The translations under genes and the position numbers were made by a program. A model generated the notes under the pieces. The model was given only the letters and a program-made list of their open reading frames with translations, did no database searches and had not been told where the DNA came from. Positions 58,074 through 64,000 of a DNA stretch of 64,000 nucleotides are shown here, in pieces (within the stretch, counting starts at the first letter, position 1; the number at the start of each line of letters is the position of its first letter). The stretch is from Candidatus Daviesbacteria bacterium RIFCSPHIGHO2_01_FULL_41_45 (GTDB lineage Bacteria; Patescibacteriota; Microgenomatia; Daviesbacterales; UBA10151): NCBI GenBank assembly GCA_001776975.1, contig MFCS01000025.1, positions 37,407 to 101,406 on the forward strand, given 5' to 3'.

Positions 58074-58454
58074 TCACCAAAGTACCATCAGAGAGTAAAA
58101 ATATTTCTGTCCTTCAAAGTTCTTTGAGCGGACCACGACTTTTATTTTTCTGCCTCCAATATATCCACTAAAAGCAAAGTAATGTCCAATTTTATCTTTT
58201 CTGTGTTCTTGAAAAGTTTGAGCAGTTTCCAACATCTTTCTGGCTAACGGTAAAATAGCAAACCTTTCCATTTGCTCAACCTTGGTTCGTTTATGAGGCG
58301 GATTTATTAAGTGATCCCAGCCTGATCTAGTTACTAATATTTTCTGCTTAAAAGCTGGTGTTGGTTTTTCATGGCCCGACCAATAACTAAAATAATACAT
58401 CTTAGCTTTTCTTCTCGCTCTATCAAACTTACTAACTCTTTTACCTTTGGGCAT
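58074..58454 (-). CDS. Hypothetical basic protein (126 aa)
   Basis: ORF only (MPKGKRVSKFDRARRKAKMYYFSYW...). Confidence 0.45.
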   Translation of the reverse strand: MPKGKRVSKFDRARRKAKMYYFSYWSGHEKPTPAFKQKILVTRSGWDHLINPPHKRTKVEQMERFAILPLARKMLETAQTFQEHRKDKIGHYFAFSGYIGGRKIKVVVRSKNFEGQKYFYSLMVLW

Positions 58455-58617
58455 ATCTGGATTATATCTAAATTTCGAGAAATCGAATAGACTTCTGGTA
58501 AACTAAGTTAGGGAATTTGATATTTTCAGTCCATTTAGAAGTTCGGAAATCATCAACTAGTCCCTGCAAAATAGTCCGATAGTTAACAAAACAAATCATT
58601 ATGGTATAATTCTTCTC

Positions 58618-59187
58618 ATGGAAGTGGAATACCAGTACCCACAAGTCCAATCTCAAACTAGTCATGCTTCTAAGGACGCAGTTCAACTGGCTGCTTTTAG
58701 AGAGTTAGTGCATGGCCTTCAAATGATGTCCTCTAATTTAAAGCCGTTACTTTATAATTTTGCCTGGGCAGCAGGACAAATTGCAGGAGACCCAGATGCT
58801 CCAGCAAAAATAAGAGGAATGATGGAATTTGCAGCTGCTTACCATCAGTTTGGTCTAGAAACCGCAATGGATGCAATCGGAGACAATAATGGTGTTCGTG
58901 TAGATATTATGTCCGGACAAGATGGTAGAGATATAAGTTACAGACCAGGTATATTAGTTGGACTAGTTGGGGTTGAGCATTCTTTAGCAACAAGGAGAGT
59001 AGATTTTGATGGAGTAGCAATGATAGAAGATAACAGAGGAAGGGATAGGTTTATAGCAGTTACAATAAGTCCAAACGGATCTACTCAACTACATCGTGAG
59101 CAATATGATTTTCACAAACCTGATCTAATTTCCGATAAGCCAATAGAAGAAATTTTTCCTCCTACAACTAGATGTAAACCACTTTAA
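58618..59187 (+). CDS. Hypothetical protein (189 aa)
   Basis: ORF only. GC content is above the local average. Confidence 0.45.
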   Translation: MEVEYQYPQVQSQTSHASKDAVQLAAFRELVHGLQMMSSNLKPLLYNFAWAAGQIAGDPDAPAKIRGMMEFAAAYHQFGLETAMDAIGDNNGVRVDIMSGQDGRDISYRPGILVGLVGVEHSLATRRVDFDGVAMIEDNRGRDRFIAVTISPNGSTQLHREQYDFHKPDLISDKPIEEIFPPTTRCKPL

Positions 59188-59370
59188 AAATTACAACCTC
59201 GATACATCCACTGTAAATTAATTGGTATGGACAAATTTTATATCTTTAGTAAAATGGCACTAATGGAAGCCGAGGCTATAAGAAGAATGGTTGATATTGT
59301 CTAACGAGCCGAACAGGATGGAATCCAACCAGAAAGATATATTCAGAAGATTATCCAAACAGCAATTAGA

Positions 59371-59592
59371 TTGAGTAATCCTTTTGTAAGTCTAGGTGAT
59401 AAATTTGTAGTTTTGGGCTTTGATGGTTTTAATAGAACCATCTTCCCTTGTGGCTCGTTTAATTCCGCCGATGAGGCTCGTTCTTTTGCTATATCAAAAA
59501 CTCAAGAGGAACCCCAATACTCTGATGACCAAGTCCTGTCAACAACCTTCTATGCTTTCACAATCGAAGGAACCCACATTCCATTGGAATGA
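59371..59592 (+). CDS. Hypothetical small protein (73 aa)
   Basis: ORF only. Confidence 0.3.
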   Translation: MSNPFVSLGDKFVVLGFDGFNRTIFPCGSFNSADEARSFAISKTQEEPQYSDDQVLSTTFYAFTIEGTHIPLE

Positions 59593-59620
59593 GAGGACTC
59601 AAAAACAACCGGGATACTAG

Positions 59621-60151
59621 CTAATATAACTTGGGGTTTTTGAAGGGGATTAAAGCCAAGATCATGGCTTGTTCGTAATAAGTTGTCCTGGTAATAGTAT
59701 CATTTGTTAATATACCTACCGCACCATTTGCTTGTTTCGAATTAGTTCTACCAAAAACAATATCATCTGCCTCCCCTAATTCTTTACCTTGTTTAATTAA
59801 TTCAGTCACTTTTTTAGGCAGGTAAAACGATGCCGTCCGACCTTTCCCTATTTTACCATTTTTAGCTTTAACCACTATCCAAGCAAAGGCTTCCATCTCA
59901 CGACCTACTTCCTGCAAACCACCCTCTATCCCTACCCAGTAGTCAGAGGTGGGTTTTAATTTAGAAACGTTTTCTACTCTATTGATGGCTCCCTTTAATG
60001 TCTCCTCCTCACTTAGTGGTTGATCTGAAACATTTGACGGGGTAGATTCTCCTTCGATTTTAATCAACATTTCTGGGAACATCTTTGCAAATCCAATCTC
60101 AACAGCATTTATCTTCACTGGATTAGTTGACGCCACAAATACCTTTTTCAT
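59621..60151 (-). CDS. Inosine/xanthosine triphosphatase (YjjX/NTPase_I-T family)
   Basis: VFVASTNPVKINAV...SDQPLSEEETLKGAINR...DYWVGIEGG...ELG...NGAVGILT...ALIPFKN. Confidence 0.8.
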   Translation of the reverse strand: MKKVFVASTNPVKINAVEIGFAKMFPEMLIKIEGESTPSNVSDQPLSEEETLKGAINRVENVSKLKPTSDYWVGIEGGLQEVGREMEAFAWIVVKAKNGKIGKGRTASFYLPKKVTELIKQGKELGEADDIVFGRTNSKQANGAVGILTNDTITRTTYYEQAMILALIPFKNPKLY

Positions 60152-60158
60152 TTAATAA

Positions 60159-61175
60159 TTACTTCTTAAAAGCCTCAATAATATCTTTTTTAACTTCACC
60201 GGTACTTTTTCCTTGAAACTCAAATCCACAAGCATTAAAATGTCCCCCTCCAATACCCCCAATTTTAGACAGCTCCTCTGGTAGGTTTATTAAATTATTT
60301 TTGCTCCCCCGGCAAGAAACACTGACTCTGCCATGATTTTTTTCCCGAAGCACAATTCCTCGGTCATAACCCTCAATCGAGGTAGAGATTTCGCTATTAA
60401 AAATATTTTTTATCATTTTTTGTTGATCTTCATTAAATCCTGATTTTTTAATCTGCTCAAAAGACAGGTCTAAAAAAATAGTTTTTACCTCATCTGAAAA
60501 TTCTAAATTTTGAATAATCCAGGAAAGTAAAAATAAATAATCTTTAGATTTTGAGGAAAACATTTTGTGAATAAGAGTTTTATTATCTGCTCCAAGTTGG
60601 ATTAATTTTGCAGCCAACATCAATGTTTTATCAGTAAAGGCCCACTGAAAATTTCCAGTGTCTCCCATTATTGCGACATAAGCCAGGGTGGCTGTTTTAT
60701 CATCTAAAAAACTTGGGTTAACAACCTGATCAAGTAAAACCTCCATTGTTGATGAGGCTTGAGGATCATGAATAATTAATTTACCCAACTCCTCTGTCCT
60801 ACTTGAATGATGGTCTATATGAATCCTCTTGGGATAAATCTCTAAGTTAGGTGGATTCTCTTTTGTTTCATCAGTATCATAATATTGAGTTAAACTAGAT
60901 CCATCTAAAAATATTAGCGTATCAGCATTTCTTTTTGATAAAATTTCTCTGCTATCTTGTTCTATTATCTCATCAAAATATGGTAAAAAATTATTAGCCT
61001 GTTTTTCCTGCTCGGTTAGTTTTCTGGGGAACATTAACATAACTTCTTTATTTAAACTTTCCAGATATTTTTTCAAAACTAGTCCGCTACCAAGACAATC
61101 AAGATCCAATGGGTCAGAGGAGATTACCAGTATTTTCTGGTCTCCTTGGATATACTCCAGAAATTTATTATTCAT
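60159..61175 (-). CDS. nrnA: DHH/DHHA1 phosphoesterase (NrnA-like nanoRNase/pAp phosphatase)
   Basis: DHH motif in IHIDHHSS, DHHA1 GGGH motif in IGGIGGGHFNACGF. Confidence 0.8.
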   Translation of the reverse strand: MNNKFLEYIQGDQKILVISSDPLDLDCLGSGLVLKKYLESLNKEVMLMFPRKLTEQEKQANNFLPYFDEIIEQDSREILSKRNADTLIFLDGSSLTQYYDTDETKENPPNLEIYPKRIHIDHHSSRTEELGKLIIHDPQASSTMEVLLDQVVNPSFLDDKTATLAYVAIMGDTGNFQWAFTDKTLMLAAKLIQLGADNKTLIHKMFSSKSKDYLFLLSWIIQNLEFSDEVKTIFLDLSFEQIKKSGFNEDQQKMIKNIFNSEISTSIEGYDRGIVLREKNHGRVSVSCRGSKNNLINLPEELSKIGGIGGGHFNACGFEFQGKSTGEVKKDIIEAFKK

Positions 61176-61215
61176 ATTAGGTTATAATTGTAACAGAAGG
61201 AGGTGAGAAAATTAA

Positions 61216-61413
61216 ATGTGCTTAAATTGTGGGTGTAATATGATGAGTGATGATATGGGTAACCCTAAAAACCTCACCTTAAAAACGTTAGCGGAGGCAG
61301 CTGTGGCTGGAAATGATGGTAGCGCTCAGGATTTATTAAGTAAAACTAAGGAGGCTTTAAATAACCTATCGACTGAGGATCTACAAAAAGAGATTGACTT
61401 GCAAACTAGTTAG
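61216..61413 (+). CDS. Small hypothetical protein (65 aa) with an N-terminal CxxCxC
   Basis: Strong SD (AAGGAGGTGA) 8 nt upstream. MCLNCGCNMM... Confidence 0.5.
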   Translation: MCLNCGCNMMSDDMGNPKNLTLKTLAEAAVAGNDGSAQDLLSKTKEALNNLSTEDLQKEIDLQTS

Positions 61414-62000
61414 GACCTAAATTTTTGTCTGAACTCGTCAGCTGTAAGCCAGATGGGTTCAGGCAAATTTTGATACTTGGGATTTTTAACTGCCCTAATA
61501 TCCCCGCCTGTTTCTACTAAATAATAAGCTAGTCCTTGTTGTTTTTCTATTGGTTCGTAATCTGTTGGAGTATGACCTGTTCTCCAATTATCAAAAGAGA
61601 TTAGAGGCACACTGCCAACATTACTCCAAGAGTGACCCCAATTCGGATTAATTTCAATCTCATCTCCAGGTTTAGCTGTGATTAAGTAAACCTCCTCAAC
61701 CTCATCAAGCTGCAACTCTCCAGCAATCACTCTTTTTTTTTGCATCTGTAAAATACCCTCACCTGCAACCAGATGATAAACTTCCACTGGTACCCCATTT
61801 GGGTGATAGTGACCAAAAGTTTTGGGGAACTCCTGACCTAACTTTCCTGGAGCAATAACAGTACAATTCTCCCATCCATCAGCTGGCGGACTATTACTGA
61901 CCTCCTTAAATACCCAATAGACAGGATCAACCCCCTCAAGTTCTGGATCTTTTAAAACTAACTTCATCCCCGATAGCTCTCTCACCGATCCAAGTTTCAT
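61410..62000 (-). CDS. Cupin-type glucose-6-phosphate isomerase (archaeal-type cPGI)
   Basis: TFGHYHPNGVPVEVYHLVAGEG metal-binding signature of the cupin PGI family. Confidence 0.7.
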   Translation of the reverse strand: MKLGSVRELSGMKLVLKDPELEGVDPVYWVFKEVSNSPPADGWENCTVIAPGKLGQEFPKTFGHYHPNGVPVEVYHLVAGEGILQMQKKRVIAGELQLDEVEEVYLITAKPGDEIEINPNWGHSWSNVGSVPLISFDNWRTGHTPTDYEPIEKQQGLAYYLVETGGDIRAVKNPKYQNLPEPIWLTADEFRQKFRS

Positions 62001-62059
62001 TACACCATTAGTTTACCACTTAACATAACTGCCACAATAGTGTAGATTAATGGTTATCG

Positions 62060-63355
62060 ATGACTCAGCCTTTTACCCTAGTAATCTTTGGAGTAACTTC
62101 CAACCTAGCTCAAAAATATCTCCTCCCAGCTTTATATGACCTGGAAGATAAAGGCTTATTGCCAGATGGCTCACATATTATTGGTATTGCCAGGTCTCCC
62201 CAAAAAGAAGGTTGGATCCAAGAACACCTGCACCAAATCCTTCACAAAGAGAATCTTCATCACAAACATGAGATTAAAGACCAAATTAAAGAGTTATTAT
62301 TTACAAGACTACATTATCTTGATGGACACCTAGACAACCCCGATTTTTATCAAAAATTAAAAATTAAACTGGATGGGTTAAACTCCCAAAACATCATCTT
62401 CTATCTAGCAACTTACCCGGATTTATACCAGCCTATTTTTGAAAATCTGAAACTTTCTGGGTTAAGTAATTTAGCAGATGGGTTTGTCCGCTTGATGATT
62501 GAAAAACCTTTTGGAAGTAATCTTAAAACTGCTAAGCAATTAAATAAGACTCTCCATCAATATTTTAAAGAAGAACAAATTTATAGACTAGATCATTATT
62601 TAGGCAAAGAGGCTTTAAGAGATATTCTTAGCTTCCGCTTCGGATCCTCTTCAGTTGAATCAATCATCAACAAAGATCATATTGATCACATCCAGGTCAG
62701 CGCCACTGAGAATTTTGGGGTAGGTGAGCGGGGTGCATTTTATGATAAAGTAGGAGCCTTAAAAGACGTTGGTCAAAACCACTTATTACAAATGTTAACC
62801 GCTGCCACTATGGAAAAGCCGATAACCTTCACTAACGAAGAGGTTACTAAAGAACGGGTTAAAATTTTAAAAAAATTGCTTCCCCAAAAGGAAAATATAA
62901 TTTTTGGACAATATGAGGATTACACTGCAGAAAAAAATATCTCTCCTGATTCTTTAACCGAAACTTTTTTTGCGCTAAAAACTTTTATTAATAATGACCG
63001 TTACCAAAATGTACCCATTTATTTACGGGCGGGTAAGAAATTAGCTCAGACCTTAACTGAGGTGACGATCGTTTTTAAAGATAAAAAGAACCAGCCTCTC
63101 AGATACCACGTTCATTCTCAAAGAGATAATTTTTTAGTCCAAGATCCATACGAAGCGTTGATATTGGATGCCATCCGTGGTGACCAAACCTACTTTAATG
63201 ATGTACAAGAGGTTGAGGCTCAATGGGCTTTCACAGACCCCCTCTCTGCCGAGTCCGAGAAAGGCATACCTGTAATTTACCAACCAGGTTCTTGGGGTCC
63301 CCAAGAAGCGGATGAATTAATAGAACAAGACGGTAGACACTGGATTAATTTCTAA
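62060..63355 (+). CDS. zwf: Glucose-6-phosphate 1-dehydrogenase
   Basis: N-terminal NADP motif (IFGVTSNLAQKYLLPALYDL), EKPFGSNL, RLDHYLGKE. Confidence 0.92.
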   Translation: MTQPFTLVIFGVTSNLAQKYLLPALYDLEDKGLLPDGSHIIGIARSPQKEGWIQEHLHQILHKENLHHKHEIKDQIKELLFTRLHYLDGHLDNPDFYQKLKIKLDGLNSQNIIFYLATYPDLYQPIFENLKLSGLSNLADGFVRLMIEKPFGSNLKTAKQLNKTLHQYFKEEQIYRLDHYLGKEALRDILSFRFGSSSVESIINKDHIDHIQVSATENFGVGERGAFYDKVGALKDVGQNHLLQMLTAATMEKPITFTNEEVTKERVKILKKLLPQKENIIFGQYEDYTAEKNISPDSLTETFFALKTFINNDRYQNVPIYLRAGKKLAQTLTEVTIVFKDKKNQPLRYHVHSQRDNFLVQDPYEALILDAIRGDQTYFNDVQEVEAQWAFTDPLSAESEKGIPVIYQPGSWGPQEADELIEQDGRHWINF

Positions 63356-64000
63356 GATTTCTTAACCGAATGTCCACCAAACTTACCCCGCATTGCTGAG
63401 ACAGCCCGGTTTCTAATGTTATCTGGGTCATGTACTGAGTGTACCCGCACCTGAAACGACTTATCAATCACCGGAGCATCGACATTTAATTCCTTAGCGG
63501 TTTTGATAGTCCACTCACCCTCACCGGTATGCCCAATAGTAGAGGAGTACTCTTGTAATTTTGGATCCTCTGCCACTGCTTCTTGCAACCAACCCACTAA
63601 GCGGGACTCCACCACCGAGCGTTTATTATAAAGCTCCATCACTTGAGATAAATTAAAATCAAAATTAGAGCTGTCTAGGATCATCGCGCCCTCCGCTATA
63701 GCCTCCATCATCCCATATTCAATACCATTATGAACCATCTTGGCAAAATGACCGGCTCCAACTTCTCCTAAGTGAGCATACGCCCCAGGAGCTGCTGCTA
63801 ACTTACACAGTTCTTCTACCTTCTCAAAGTCTTCTTTTTCTCCTCCAATCATCAAACAGGCTCCGTTTCTTGCCCCGCTAGGCCCCCCTGATGTGCCAAT
63901 ATCCATAAAATGAATACTCTTAGAACTCAACCTTTTATTTCTATCAAGCGTATCCTTGTAAAACGAGTTCCCGCCATCAATTATTAAGTCCCCTGGTGCA
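63352..64000 (-). CDS. gnd: 6-phosphogluconate dehydrogenase (decarboxylating)-like. 5' end lies outside the window.
   Basis: HFAKMVHNGIEYGMMEAIAEGA. Translating upstream of the track ORF gives APGDLIIDGGNS (GDIIIDGGNS motif) continuing to the window edge. The track start at 63930 is an internal Met. Confidence 0.8.
   Translation of the reverse strand, partial: APGDLIIDGGNSFYKDTLDRNKRLSSKSIHFMDIGTSGGPSGARNGACLMIGGEKEDFEKVEELCKLAAAPGAYAHLGEVGAGHFAKMVHNGIEYGMMEAIAEGAMILDSSNFDFNLSQVMELYNKRSVVESRLVGWLQEAVAEDPKLQEYSSTIGHTGEGEWTIKTAKELNVDAPVIDKSFQVRVHSVHDPDNIRNRAVSAMRGKFGGHSVKKS

Noticed and set aside
1-64000. Looked for CRISPR arrays, rRNA genes, IS elements, transposase or integrase genes
   Set aside because: No regularly spaced direct repeats. 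No rRNA-like conserved stretches. No DDE, HUH or tyrosine-recombinase motifs among the translated ORFs.

Overview
AT-rich bacterial chromosomal segment of 64 kb, about 90% coding. Several genes encode shortened versions of universal proteins: trigger factor (360 aa), EF-Ts (151 aa), Fmt (275 aa), and a ProRS without an editing domain. This fits a reduced-genome lineage such as Patescibacteria/CPR, but that placement is inference only. Most of the window is housekeeping. Recognisable genes include a P-type ATPase, a DEAD-box helicase with an RRM protein, cysS, rarA, recR, ybaB, folD, glyA, dnaX, ybeY, rpsU, tig, proS, rseP, frr, tsf, rpsB, folA, thyA, two dcd paralogs, pyrG, topA, dprA, mrdA, mreBCD, def, fmt, rpmB and rpmG. 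There are three tRNAs (two Thr, one Trp), and zwf, a cupin-type PGI and a gnd-like gene. No rRNA, CRISPR array, transposase or integrase was found. The first ~3.4 kb is the most unusual part. It holds two translationally coupled paralogous proteins, the first running off the window edge, whose N-termini resemble the Cap4/DUF4297-type PD-(D/E)xK nuclease domain. An NYN ribonuclease-fold protein and a NUDIX hydrolase sit next to them, making this a candidate undescribed defence-like module. Other points worth a second look are listed below.
- A bacterial type IB topoisomerase next to dsbB/dsbA.
- A co-linear pyrG-dcd-dcd'-Nudix-thyA-folA thymidylate block.
- A triple tandem zinc-ribbon protein.
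- An orphan 463-aa P-loop NTPase.
- A putative terminated ncRNA upstream of the tRNA cluster.
- A 17-bp direct repeat of the tRNA-Trp 3' end, followed by ~1.8 kb of ORFans, which may be an integration-site scar.
- A mildly GC-shifted segment (18.7-21.8 kb) encoding a hydrolase, a kinase-like protein and unknowns.
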